Below are positions 23,736-36,201 of a stretch of 64,000 nt of DNA, piece by piece. Under the pieces are notes generated by a model that made no database searches, was not told the origin of the DNA, and saw nothing but the letters and a program-made list of their open reading frames with translations. Positions within the stretch are counted from its first letter, which is position 1. Each line of letters begins with the position of its first letter. This stretch comes from Azolla caroliniana (Eukaryota; Plantae; Polypodiophyta), in assembly GCA_043228905.1 (NCBI GenBank), contig JBHGNT010000003.1:310001-374000 (forward strand), in the 5' to 3' direction. Made by a program: the position numbers and the translations under genes.

Positions 23736-25325
23736 TAGTGGTAGCGAGGGGACGAAGGCAAAAGGGCTACGGGTGGGCGGTCTACAGAGATCCTCACACC
23801 GATCCGGCGGTTGGCCTGAGTGCCAGCGTGAGTCCTATAGGAGAGATCAGTGGCAACAGGTGAAGGTGACCAACAGAAGAGGACGGTGAGGTGACAAGGG
23901 CGAAAGTAGCGAGACCGGTCCTATGGGATCCTCACACCAATCCGGAGGCACCAGTTGCTCGGCCGACGTGGCAATGTGAGACCAAGTGAGAAGGATGGTG
24001 GCGGCGGGAAGCGGGAACCGACGATGTGGAAGTGTGGATGGGCGACCCCACGGAGACCCTCACACCGATCCGGCGGTCAGCCTGAGTGCCGGCGTGAGTC
24101 CTATAGGAGTGATCGGTGGTGGTAGGAGAACGTGATCAGACGACGGGGATGAGCGGCATGAAGGTATCAGGCCGGCGAGGCGGCTACGAACCGAATCGGA
24201 CCTACCGGCAAGGTCATGGGCATAAGGAAGTCCGGTCCTACGGGATCCCCACACCAGACCGGAGACTCTGGCAGTTCAGTCAACGTGGCAACGTCAGACC
24301 GTGAGAGAAGGATGGTGGCGGCGGGAAACAGGACCCGACTACGCGGGAGACACGAGGAGAGTCCGGGAGAGACTCAAACAAAACACAACCGAATTTAGGC
24401 AAGCAACGAAACGAAGACCGATCCTATGGGATCTTCACACCGATCCGGAGACTACGGCTGTTTGGCCAACGTGGCAACGTAAGACCGAGAGAGAAGGATG
24501 GTGGCGGCAAGGAACAGGACCCGACATCGACAATAGCTGGCTAGACGGAAGCTGTCTAAGTGCAAAACCCCTACCGGCCGGTTATGGTTTCCGAGGGAGC
24601 TGGTAAGGGCAAGTACGGGCAGTGTGCTAAGCCGGGAAGGGCACATCCAAAGTTGAAGAAGAATCGTGCAAGTGGCCATTGAGAGCCGAATCGGAGCACG
24701 ACTAAAGCACAACACGCACACAGTGGTGCCGGGAACGCGGAAAGGGGTGCGCGACGAACTGCACGGGTCAGAAACCGAGAAGATATACAACCCGGAGAAG
24801 GATCCTCCACGCCCACTTCGGAGATCTCGGCGGCTTAGTTGGAGTGGCAGCGACTAGCATGGCAAGCCAAGCCCGAGATGACAAGCTAGTGGGGGGAGGG
24901 GACAACGGCGAGCGAAAGGCTTCAACCCGGCAGCAACGGCGCAAGACGGAAGAGGGCCAAGTCGGCCACTACGGGTATTCCTCTGACACAGAGGACACCC
25001 AAAAGCGAAAGGGAAGCGATGGTGCCGGGACTTCGCACACACCGACTCTGGAGACTCCGGCATCTGGCCCGAGAGTAACAGACGGTAGCAGCGGCAAAGA
25101 CGACGACCAAGACAACGTGGCAACGAACTAAGGCCAAGCGGGCCGTTATGGGCGCTCCTCAAGCGGAGGACCCCGAACATACGGTGGATAGCGGAGCGTG
25201 CATTCGGCCAAATGAAGGGCCAACTATTGCCGATTAGGAACACGGTCTGCGGTCAATCCTTCGACCTAGACCTCCAAGTGGTTGTGGAACAACGAATAGG
25301 CATTTATGCATGATGCGTAGGGGAA

Positions 25326-25661
25326 TGTTCCCTGTAATCTATCAGCATATAAGGGAGACGGCTACAACCGACTCCTTAGCAAGGGTTACACTTACGTTCT
25401 TACACGCTCAGGTATTCCAGACACATAGTGGATTAGTCGTAGCTATACACAGACTTTCAGAGAAGATGGAATTCTATTATGATACGTTTCTTTACATTCC
25501 AAAATTACATGCTCCCTCTATCAGAGGTTTCCTGCCCTTTATACACACAGAGTCTATTTAGCCGTTCACGCTTCCTACCTGAACCGTTACATGCATTATG
25601 ATCTTATATTATTTCTTATTCCTACGCTCTTGTCTGTCGGTTACTATTCCGGCGGACAACA
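25326..25661 (+). repeat. Putative short LTR (336 bp) of an unrelated family, with a PPT before and a tRNA-Arg-like PBS after
   Basis: gcgtaggggaa|TGTTCC...GGACAACA|cc-TGGCATGCCTATGGGAC, which resembles the Arg PBS TGGCACGCCCRGTGGGAC. No second copy in the window. Confidence 0.42.
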
Positions 25662-27860
25662 CCTGGCATGCCTATGGGACAGTGCCCTGGCACGTCGGAC
25701 CCATCCTGTTAATCCTCTTCCAAAATGGCCCGGATGTTTGGCTCTACTGCGGTGTTTGCGTTCGGAGGCGACGTAGGGCCTGTAAGTGCATCGTGGTGTG
25801 GCTCCCCTGTTTGGTCGGGCTGGTTTCTCCCGGTGTCGCAGCCGTCGTGTGTGGGCAGTCCGGGTACGGTGGGCTCTTCTTGAGCTAGTGGGTTGGGCTC
25901 CGCCGCCGTCGTGCTTGCAGTTGGCCGCGACTCTGCCTCAATCGTTACTTCCTCCGTGGTGTCGGCCGTTGTCGTAGTGTAATTCGCACACTACGTGAAA
26001 AATTACATTTTTGGTTTCTCTGGATAGGATATGGAGTACCCAGTAAGAACCGGAAGGAAGAACCGGGGAGGACCGAAACCGGTAAGGAGACCCGGCAAGA
26101 GCCGGATGAAGAAGGTCGGTGAGAAACGGACGAAGAGGACCGGTGAAGCAGAACTGGCAAGAGCCGGATGAAGAAGGCCGGCGAGAGAAGAGACACATTT
26201 GTAAATAGAAGAAAGTATAAAATTATATATTACATGCATAGGGCAAGATTCGAACCTTGCACCTCCATGTCAATAATGTTAAACCTTATCATTATACTAG
26301 CGTATTATGAATTTTAAAGTTATACTAAACTTTATCCCATGTAAATATTCTAGACATGCATGGTACAAAAAGTTATTCATGCATAGACACTCGAGTTAAA
26401 AGAAAAGATGAGATAGAAAGCTAATCATGCACATGCAGTGTGCATGAAAACTAAAGATAGAAAAAGCATGATACTTGCATGTGATAAACTTAGACTCTTC
26501 CAACACTATATAAGGAAGAGAGAAAGATGTATAGAGGTTGTTGATTATTTTTACAAGGATTTTGATCAATCTAATATATTTGTAGGATTCACGATTTTTT
26601 TTCCATCTATTTCTCTCTTACATTCTAAGTATCAATTAATACACTATATTCGTGGGATTCACGAATTTCATATCTTCTTTCAAATATTTCTCTTTCTTGC
26701 AATCGATTCATAAGGAGCCTTATCTCATATTCTTCTTTCTCCTAGTCCAAAACCTCAGCGGTTCCCACCCGATTCACGCAACGATCCGGAGCCTAAAGGC
26801 ACGACACAAGTGGTGAACCCGACGTGAACACGGGTGGCAAGGAGATGGAAAATCAACCGGAGGCTAACTACATGATGATGATGTTTGAACGGATGCTTCA
26901 GGAACAACGTGCGATGTCGGAGATAGCGGCGGTAGTAGAGCGGCTCGTGCAATGGATCGGGCAATACAACGGAAAGGACATATCACGTTACCTTCAGGAC
27001 TACAAGGCGGAAACCGGGAAGAATTTCGGCCAGAGGCGGAAACCGGGAAACATTGGCTACATCGGCGGGGTGTAGTGTGTGTGCTCACCCTTGTACATTT
27101 AGTGTGAATAACGAGGGCGCCTTTATGGCACCGAAGAGTAGTCAAGTTGGGACAGACGATCCCATGTAAGTCGGGATTTATCCCACATTGTAACGCATCC
27201 CTCTCCTTGTTCTATAAAAGGAAGGGAGCGCCCTTTGTGAAGGGGTTGCCCATTTTGCGTTAGAGGGTATACCGTTAGATTTAGGGTTAGTTACACTTCT
27301 TTTTCTTCTTCTTCTCCCCCCTTCGTGTTCGCTTAGGTTTTGCTTCAGCTCGTCTCCTGCGCAAGACCCCGCTTGGCGCGACAAGCCTGTGAGCTCCCCG
27401 ACCGGCGGCTTGGCAGCTGACGACTACTGTAACCTACCTTGGTCCGGCTCGAAGCCAGGAATGTATTCTTCCTCTTATATATATACATTTGCGTCTGTCT
27501 GTGTATATTCGCGTCTTTGTTGGTGTCTGGTGCTTACCCTTTCCTGCGTTTCCTGTACATAAGGGCGTGAGCCGGGTCAGCCTGTGTGTGTGTGTGTGTG
27601 TGCATGTGTGTATGCGTGCGTGCGTGCGTGTGTGTGCGAGTCGGTGTTAAGCGCGCGTCCCCTCTCTTTCTCTTTCTCTCTCTCTCTCTCTCTTCGGTTG
27701 CCTCCGATGTGCTTCTAGGATGCCCCGGAAACGGTGAAGTACGACTTCCTACGCTCCGTCACTCTCTAGTCCAAGACCCCCGTGGTCCCGCCTTTCTCCA
27801 CGCACGCGCGTAACAACGCGACATATTTGGTGAACCTGACGTGAAAGGCGGCAAGGGAGG

Positions 27861-29177
27861 ATGGAGTCGGAAGACGACGACCTCGCGGTGATGGTGGCCG
27901 AAGTGGTGTTGGAGTCGGCACGAGTGGTGATGAGGCGAGAAGCAGCGCAACAAGTGGTCGAGCGAGTGGTCGAAAGAGTCGGCCGTTTCAACGGGGACAA
28001 AGTCCCATCTTACTTGGAAGCCTACAATGCGGAAATGGAGGAGCGTGGCGTAGACGAGTCGTTGAGGCTAGAGTTCTTCTCTCGGGTTGTAGCTGTCCGG
28101 ATGCATGCGGAAGTAAAGGAGCTCTGTGAGGCTCATAGTTCGTGGGAGGCCTTCGAAGAGGCGCTCTTGAAGGCATACAGAGGACAGCGGAAGAGCTGGG
28201 GACGACACGACTTTGACCAGTGGGTAGCATCGACAAAGACCCACTGGGGCACGACCAAGGCGTTCCGAGAGTTCGAGCGACGGCTTGCTCGGCTCCCGGA
28301 GCATGAACAAGGTTTGGTGGGGGCGGACAAGGTCCTATTGTTCGTCAGGTCGATCGACCGAGCGGAACGGGAGGCCATCGGGATGGAGCCCGAAGACGAA
28401 GACGGAGCGAATGGGCTTATAGAGGACTGGTCGAAGGTCGGAAGGGTGTGCCAACGGCTAGATGATGAGCGAGCCGAGAAGGCTAAGAGGAAGGCGCACA
28501 ACGGCGTGCCATCACAGCGGGAAGAGTCCAAACGACAAAGGGAGCTGGCAAGGGTCGGCGTGGAGGCCCAGATTGCGGAGGCGTACGCAGCTCTTGAGGC
28601 GATGCTCGAGGAAGAGGAAAGATCGAGGCCACAAGCCGGGACTGAGGAGACGGAGTTGCCCCACGCGACGACGGAAGATCAGTACGACGGTACCACGGGA
28701 GAGGGTGCGGAACAAAACGCCCTCTCGAATTGCGGAGATAGAATGGCCAAGGACGAGGCCGAGATACGGATCGCGGAACCGGATAGTTGGGACCGGCGGT
28801 TTCGGGTGTGTCAGCCCGAAACCCCGGATATCAGAGAAGCAAGCCCAGGCGGGGCTTGCGCGATCGGTAAGAAGACGACCGCCGACCACAAGAGTCGGTG
28901 GCTACGGACAAGGGCGTAAAACGGACGGGCGATTCTTTGTGTCTTCCCACACTTGCTCCTGAGACGATGGCAGTAGGGCCCGAGTGCCCATGTGAGTCCC
29001 AAGCGGAGGAAGGCGGTGGCGAAAGACCAAGAGTCACCAACGAGACGATACGAGCAAGAAGCGGACGAAAGCCCACGGACCCTATTCCGGAGAACTCGGC
29101 ATTCGGGCCCGTATGCGCATGTAAGACCGAGGAGATGGATGGCAGCACCGAGGAGTCCTGGCATGATGCCAACGAAG
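27861..29177 (+). pseudogene. gag: Gag-like ORF of element F with a long acidic extension; frameshift near 28900; resumes at 34734-34855 after the Copia insert
   Basis: VGRFNGDKVPSYLEAY...VLLFVRSID...GLIEDWSKV aligns with the gag of H, G and E. No zinc knuckle or protease. Same terminal stop as in element D (..RSWI.R.G..SA*/LA*). Confidence 0.8.
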
Positions 29178-29244
29178 TGTTGGGATTTCGGTCCCTCCGG
29201 ATGGGATGTCCGGAGATGAATGACGGCAAGCCCGGTTGCGGTTA

Positions 29245-29410
29245 CGGAGCCGGATGATGAAGACCCCGGCTACGGTGCCGGATGCTGAAGACCCCGGCTA
29301 CGGAGCCGGATGATGAATACCCCGGCTACGGAGCCGGATGATGAATATCCCGGCTACGGAGCCGGATGCTGAAGACCCCGGTTACGGAGCCGGATGACGA
29401 ATGTACCCGG
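29245..29410 (+). repeat. About six tandem 28-bp repeats (cggagccggatgatgaagaccccggcta) in Copia U3; duplicated at about 34077-34242
   Basis: Directly visible. The related solo LTR at 46892 carries only about two units. Confidence 0.93.
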
Positions 29411-29925
29411 AGGGAGATCCGGATGCGGGGACATATTTGTGAATATGTTTGCCAAGAGCCCTTGAGGCTATATTTGTAAATAGCCCGAAAGTCATATGTG
29501 TATAAATATGACTTAGGGCAAACAGTTTAAGTTGCTACTCATTTTTTCTGTTTTTTCCACTCAAGAGGAGTGAAGAGAGAGCAGCCGAGAGAGAGAGAGA
29601 GAGATAGAGCGCGAGAGAGACGAAGAGGTAGACGCCTCTGTGTATTTCCGCCGCCTGTGGCGAGGACAGCGAGCTCAAGGTCGTTGCCTTGCAGCTCGCC
29701 ATTGTATATTTCTCTGTGCATAGTTTGGTTTGGAGTCTCGCACTCCCGTGGTTTTTCCCGTATAGGGTTTTCCACGTTAATCCCTGTGTGCTCGCGTTTT
29801 GTTTCTCTTTGTGGTTCCTATTTTCTGCTCCATTGTTCCGCGATTACTCGGTTGTGGCCGAGTGACGAAGGTGAATCCAAGCGTTGATTCCCAACAAACT
29901 GGTATCAGAGCGACTGTTGCAGAAA

Positions 29926-32900
29926 ATGGAAGGCGGCGGCAGCGGGCAGCCGATGATGATGGTGCTGAATGCACAGAATTACGCCGACTGGAAGATCAAG
30001 ATGGAGGACCTTCTGATTGTTCGGGACCTGTACGAACCGATTGACAGGTCGGAAATACCGAAAGGGGTACTTGAGTCGGAGTGGAAGCTCCTGAACCGGA
30101 AAGCCGTAGCGACGATCAGACAATACGTCGACGTGAGCGTCCTACAACATGTGGCAAACGACACCAACGCATATGAGATGTGGAAGAAGCTGTCGGGCCT
30201 CTACGAGAGGAAGAATGCGTTGAACCGGACCTCCCTGATGAGGAAGATAGTGAATCTCAAGTACCGGGACGGCGAGAGTATGGTGGAACACGTAAGCACG
30301 TTCATGGGATTCGTGAACCAGCTTGCGGCGATCAAGTTCCCGTTGGAGGATGCAATGCAAGCCATCATCCTGATGTGTACATTGCCGGACAGCTGGGAGA
30401 ACTTGGTGGTGACTCTCAGCACCTCCTGCACGGAAGACAACTTGTCCCTACAAACGGTAAAGACAAGTATTCTAAATGAAGAAGCGCGTCGGAAAGATAA
30501 AGAACCGGCCTCCGACTCGAAGGCGCTGCTTACCGAATCGGAACGGGGAAGACACTGGAACCGGAGTCCGCAAAGACGGGAGAAGTCGGGGACCCGGTCG
30601 CAGTCAAGATGAAGACCCATCTGCTTCCACTGTGGGAAGCCGGGGCACTTCCGGAAGAATTGTCGGCATTACCGAAAGGACAACGGAGCCGACGACACCG
30701 ATTCGAAGAAGTCACCGGAGAGAAACGGTGCATACCGGGGAGCCACGGACCGGAGAGGTCCGGATCGGCGAGGGCAGGACCGGAAAGGAACGACGGCACT
30801 CGCGGCAAGTGAAGAAGAGATAATGCTCATTACCGAAGAGAGGGAGCTGAACCTTGCCGGCGTAGAGATGACCTGGGTGGTCGATTCCGGAGCGTCGTTC
30901 CACCTGACCCCGGAGAAGAAATACTTCTCATCCTACACAGCCGGTGAGCACGGCTTTGTCCGGATGGGAAATGAAGGTACATGCCGAATTGCCGGTATAG
31001 GAGACGTGTGGCTGATGACATCAACCGGATGCAAGATGCTGTTGAAGGATGTGCGACACGTTCCGGAGGTCCGATTGAACCTGATCTCGGCCGGGAGGCT
31101 AGATGATGAAGGCTACACGGGTAGCATCCGGAACGGTGTCATGAAGTTTAGCAAGGGGAGCCTGATAGTGGCTCGGGCCCGGAAGGTCAACACACTGTAC
31201 CTGATGAATGCCCGGTTATGTCCGGAAGAGCTGAATGTGGCAGCCGACACTGCCGGTGAGCTGTGGCACAAGAGACTGTGCCACATGAGTGAGAAGGGGA
31301 TGAAGAGGCTTGCAGAAGACAACCTTATCCCAGTGAAGCATGTGCACCTGGAGAAGTGCACCGATTGCCTGGCCGGTAAGCAGAACCGAACCTCCTTCCA
31401 CTCAAGGCCACCGACGAGACGTAGCGCACCATTGGAGTTGGTGCACACTGACGTGTGTCAGGTAGAGACGAAGTCACATGGCGGAGCCCAGTACTTCGTA
31501 ACATTCATCGATGATCATAGCCGAAAACTGTGGACGGCACCGATGAAGACAAAGGACCAAGTGTTGTCCGTCTTCAGAGAACTCCACGCGAGAGTGGAAA
31601 GAGAATCCGGCAAGAAGCTGAAAGCGATACGAGCGGATAACGGAGGGGAATACCGGGGGCAGTTCCAGGAGTACTGTCGCTTGAAGGGAATCCGGCTCGA
31701 GTTTACTGTGCCGAAGACGCCGGAACTGAACGGGCTGGCCGAGAGGATGAACCGGACCATAATGGAGAGGGTCCGGAGTATGCTAGCGCATGCGGAATTA
31801 CCCAAGGGGTTTTGGGCTGAGGCAATGTCAACGGCGACATACGTGATAAACAGATCACCCTCAGTACCTTTGGACGGAGACACGCCGCAGAGAGTGTGGA
31901 CCGGTAGGGAAGTATCCTACCGGCATCTGAAGGTGTTCGGGTGTCTCGCATATGTGCATGTGGCAAAGGACCGGAGAGGAAAGTTAGATCCAAAGACCCG
32001 GCCATGCATATTCCTCGGTTACGGCGACGACGAGTTTGGCTACCGAGTATGGGACCCGGTCGACAAGAAGATATTCAGGAGTCGAGACATCATCTTCATG
32101 GAGGACAAGACACTCGCCGACTGGGAGTCGGAGAAGAAGATGAAGAGCTCCAAGTCGACCGGTGAGGATCAACTCTACGAGGAGCAGTCCCGACCGGCAA
32201 GGGACCGGTTAGCACTCGAGGATCCGGCCGAAGACGGTGAAGAATCAGAACCGGCCGAGGAAGATGAAACTGATACCGGAACCGGCCCCGATCCCGAAAT
32301 GGATTCAGATGAAGAGGAAACGGAGGAGCCGGTTACCGAAGCTCCGGAACGGAGATATCCTCTAAGAGAGAGAAGGGCCCCCCGGAGATTTCCGGAACCT
32401 GAGCACGTGCTGCTGACCGACGAGGGGGAGCCGGAGAGTGTTGAAGAAGCAAAGCTTGACACCCATAGCCGCAGGTGGTTAAGTGCCATGCAGGAGGAGA
32501 TGGATTCCCTGCATGAGAACCACACATATGAGCTTGTGGAGTTGCCGAAAGGAAAGCGGGCACTTCGAAACAAGTGGGTGTTCAAGCTGAAACCGGGAGA
32601 TGCCGGAAACCCCCCGAGATACAAAGCCAGGATCGTGGTGAAGGGGTTCCTGCAGAAGAAGGGCGTCGACTTCGACGAGATATTTGCCCCGGTAGTGAAG
32701 ATGACCTCCATCCGGACGGTGCTGAGCATAGCGGCAAGCATGGACCTCGAGGTAGAACAGATGGACGTGAAGACGGCATTCCTTCACGGTGACCTCGAAG
32801 AAGAGATCTACATGCAGCAACCGGAAGGATTCGAGAAGAAAGGGAAGGAGCACCTGGTATGCCGGTTGAAGAAGAGCCTTTACGGACTGAAGCAGGCTCC

Positions 32901-33999
32901 CCGGCAATGGTACCGGAAGTTCGACTCCTTCATGACCGACGAAGGGTACATCAAAACGCAGTCCGACCACTGCGTGTTTGTGAAGAAGTTCGAAGGAGGA
33001 GACTTTCTAATACTCCTCCTGTACGTGGACGACATGTTGATCGTCGGACGGGACCAGGTCAAGATACGGATGCTGAAGAAGGCTCTTCACCGAACCTTCT
33101 CAATGAAGGACCTGGGTCCGGCGAGAAAAATATTAGGGATGCACATCATCCGGGACCGGAAGAAGAAGCAGTTGCGGCTGTCGCAGGAGAAGTACGTGAC
33201 AAAGGTGCTTCAACGGTTCAACATGTCGGAAGCAAGACCGGTCGGATCGACCCTCCCGGCAAACTGCAAGTTGTCCAGCAAGCAAAGCCCCAAGACAAAG
33301 GCTGAGAAGGAGGACATGATGAAAGTACCATATGCCTCTGCCGTCGGAAGCTTGATGTACGCAATGGTGTGTACAAGACCGGACATAGGATATGCAGTTG
33401 GAGTGGTGAGCCGGTACATGAGCAATCCCGGCAAAGAGCACTGGAACGCAGTCAAGTGGATACTCCGATACCTAAAGGGCACGGCAAACGTGTGCCTCCG
33501 ATTCGGCTCCGGTAAGCCCGAACTCGACGGCTTTACCGATTCGGATATGTCGGCTGATGAAGATACCAGCCGGTCCACATCAGGGTATGTGATGACGTAT
33601 GCAGGGGGAGCTGTTTCGTGGCAGTCGAGGCTGCAGAAGACGGTTGCGTTGTCAACCACGGAGGCGGAGTACATGGCGGCTGTTGAAGCCGGCAAGGAAA
33701 TAATATGGATGAAGGACTTCATTAGAGAGATCGGTATCCGACAAGAGGAGTACTGACTCTACTGCGACAGTCAGAGTGCCATCCACCTTGCGAAGAACGC
33801 GGCCTATCACTCCCGGACGAAGCACATCCAGCGAAGATATCACTGGATCCGGGAAAGGATAGAAGACCAGGAGTTCATGCTGACGAAGATCCACACGGAA
33901 GAGAACGGGTCAGATATGCTGACCAAAGTGCTCACACCCGACAAGCTGGAAGCGTGCCGGAAGAGGGTCGGATTGGAGAGACATCCCATCCCGAAGTGA
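29926..33999 (+). pseudogene. gag-pol: Copia gag-PR-INT-RT-RNaseH polyprotein in a single frame with two in-frame TGA codons (30610-30612, 33754-33756)
   Basis: CFHCGKPGHFRKNC, WVVDSGAS, GELWHKRLCH, DNGGEY, SLYGLKQAPRQWY, LLYVDDMLI, YCDSQSAIHLAKN. The frame is otherwise uninterrupted. Confidence 0.95.
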
Positions 34000-36201
34000 A
34001 GGGGGAGTTTGTTGGGATTTCGGTCCCTCCGGATGGGATGTCCGGAGATGAATGACGGCAAGCCCGGTTGCGGTTACGGAGCCGGATGATGAAGACCCCG
34101 GCTACGGTGCCGGATGCTGAAGACCCCGGCTACGGAGCCGGATGATGAATACCCCGGCTACGGAGCCGGATGATGAATATCCCGGCTACGGAGCCGGATG
34201 CTGAAGACCCCGGTTACGGAGCCGGATGACGAATGTACCCGGAGGGAGATCCGGATGCGGGGACATATTTGTGAATATGTTTGCCAAGAGCCCTTGAGGC
34301 TATATTTGTAAATAGCCCGAAAGTCATATGTGTATAAATATGACTTAGGGCAAACAGTTTAAGTTGCTACTCATTTTTTCTGTTTTTTCCACTCAAGAGG
34401 AGTGAAGAGAGAGCAGCCGAGAGAGAGAGAGAGAGATAGAGCGCGAGAGAGACGAAGAGGTAGACGCCTCTGTGTATTTCCGCCGCCTGTGGCGAGGACA
34501 GCGAGCTCAAGGTCGTTGCCTTGCAGCTCGCCATTGTATATTTCTCTGTGCATAGTTTGGTTTGGAGTCTCGCACTCCCGTGGTTTTTCCCGTATAGGGT
34601 TTTCCACGTTAATCCCTGTGTGCTCGCGTTTTGTTTCTCTTTGTGGTTCCTATTTTCTGCTCCATTGTTCCGCGATTACTCGGTTGTGGCCGAGTGACGA
34701 AGGTGAATCCAAGCGTTGATTCCCAACACGAAGATGGATGGGGAACAGCTTGCGAGGAGGCCGAGGACGGAAACAGCACGAGGAGATCGTCATTCCGATG
34801 CGGATGGAGCAGAATCCGGTCGTGGATCGTTCGATCGGGGTTGGATTCGGCATGAAAGTGCCGATACGGAAGAGGGTGCGGGACGAGCCGCCCTCTTTTA
34901 CATGGGGAGAAAGACCGACCAGGCGAAGGTCGGGAATTGGAAAGGAAGGTGATCAAAGGTTCGGAACGAGTCTGGCAAGATCGGCATCGGAGCCGAAACT
35001 CCGGACATTGGAGAATCAAGCTCAGGCGGGGCTTGATTGATCACAGAGTGGATGCTATCCACCGACACCGCTAAAAGGGGCGGTGGCCCGGACGAGTTGC
35101 AGAAAGATGTTGCGAAATCGGTTACGCCACATCTTATCCGGAGACTTCGGCTGTTCGGCCGACAGGGCAACGTCAGGCCGAAAGAGATGGGAGATGGAGG
35201 CGAGAATGCAAAGAGGAGAGAAACGATGAGTTCGGAAGAGGAGTACAAAGGACGAAGAGGAGAACGAAGACCGGCCCTACAGAGACCCTTACACCGATCC
35301 GGCTGTCGGCCCGAGTGCCGGCGTGAGCCCTACAGGAGAGATCGGTGGCGACAGGAGAACGAGACCCGGCAATACGGAGAAGGACGAATGGACCCGGACG
35401 AGAACCGGGCGGAGCGGACTCCCGGATGACCATTCCGGGAGGGAGGAAGAGAGAAGGCCAAGGAGAGGCCAAGGAGACGGTACGTCGGTACCACAAGAGA
35501 GGGTGCGGAACAAAACGCCCTCTCAGCATGCAGAAAAGGACGACCCGGGATAGGGTCAGGAAGACAAATCGGACGCCCAAGGAGGATCCTTCACACCGGT
35601 TCTAGAGACTTCGACAGTCGGCAACGCGGTCGACGTAAGACCAAGATGCTGACGGTGGCGGCGAGGTGACGAAGAAAAAGGGCTACTGATGGGCGGTCTA
35701 CGGAGTTCCTCACACCGATCCGGCTGTCGGCCCGAGTGCCGGCGTGAGTCCTATAGGAGAGGACGGTGGCGGCAGGTGAACGTGACCGGACGACGGAAGC
35801 AGAGAAAGGAGGTATCAGGCCGGAGGGGCGGCTACTAACCGAATCGGACCTTCCGGCAAGGTCAGTGGGTGAAGGGAAGTCCGGTCCTACGGGATCCCCA
35901 CACTGAACCAGAGACTCCGGCAGTTCGGCCAACGTGGCAACATGAGACCAAGAGAGAAGGTTGGTGGCGGCAGGAAACGGGACCCAGCAACACGAAGGCG
36001 GAAACCGGCTACGCGGAAGACACGAGGAGAGTCGTGAAGGACTCCGACAAAAGACACCCAGATCTCGGCCAGCGACGAAACAAAGACAAGTCCTATGGGA
36101 CCCTCACATCGATCCGGAGACTCCGGTAGTTTGGCCAACGTGGCAACGTGAGACCTAGGGAGAAGGACGGTGGCGGCAGGGAATAGGACCCGACGACACG
36201 A

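Larger units (their letters stand above)
14867..24800 (+). mobile_element. gag: Non-autonomous gag-only Gypsy element D (5' LTR 14867-15659, tRNA-Trp PBS, degenerate gag-like ORF 15698-17151, repeat-rich interior; 3' end lost)
   Basis: LTR TGTCG...GCGACA; ACGT left flank; VGRFNGDKVPYYLEAY gag motif; no pol motifs; colinear with element F. The right boundary is approximate. Confidence 0.8.
29178..34728 (+). mobile_element. Very young full-length Ty1/Copia (Tnt1/Tork-like) element
   Basis: 719-bp LTRs 29178-29896 and 34010-34728 with no mismatch seen; TSD CGAAG; PBS TGGTATCAGAGC 29900-29911 (tRNA-iMet); PPT 34000-34007. Confidence 0.98.

Noticed and set aside
26438-26713. Duplicated 91-aa ORF (also 57687-57962)
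   Set aside because: It lies inside the two LTRs of E; the duplication reflects LTR identity.
27417-27460. Hammerhead ribozyme (retrozyme) core CTGACGA in the F LTR
   Set aside because: No stem II followed by GAAA and no matching cleavage-site helix; not conserved in the related D LTR.
27583-27692. (GT)n and (CT)n microsatellites as independent features
   Set aside because: Ordinary LTR-internal simple repeats present in both LTRs.
33754-33759. Programmed UGA readthrough in Copia RNaseH
   Set aside because: The related copy has Arg here; CGA>TGA deamination explains it, and the position inside RNaseH is not a known recoding site.
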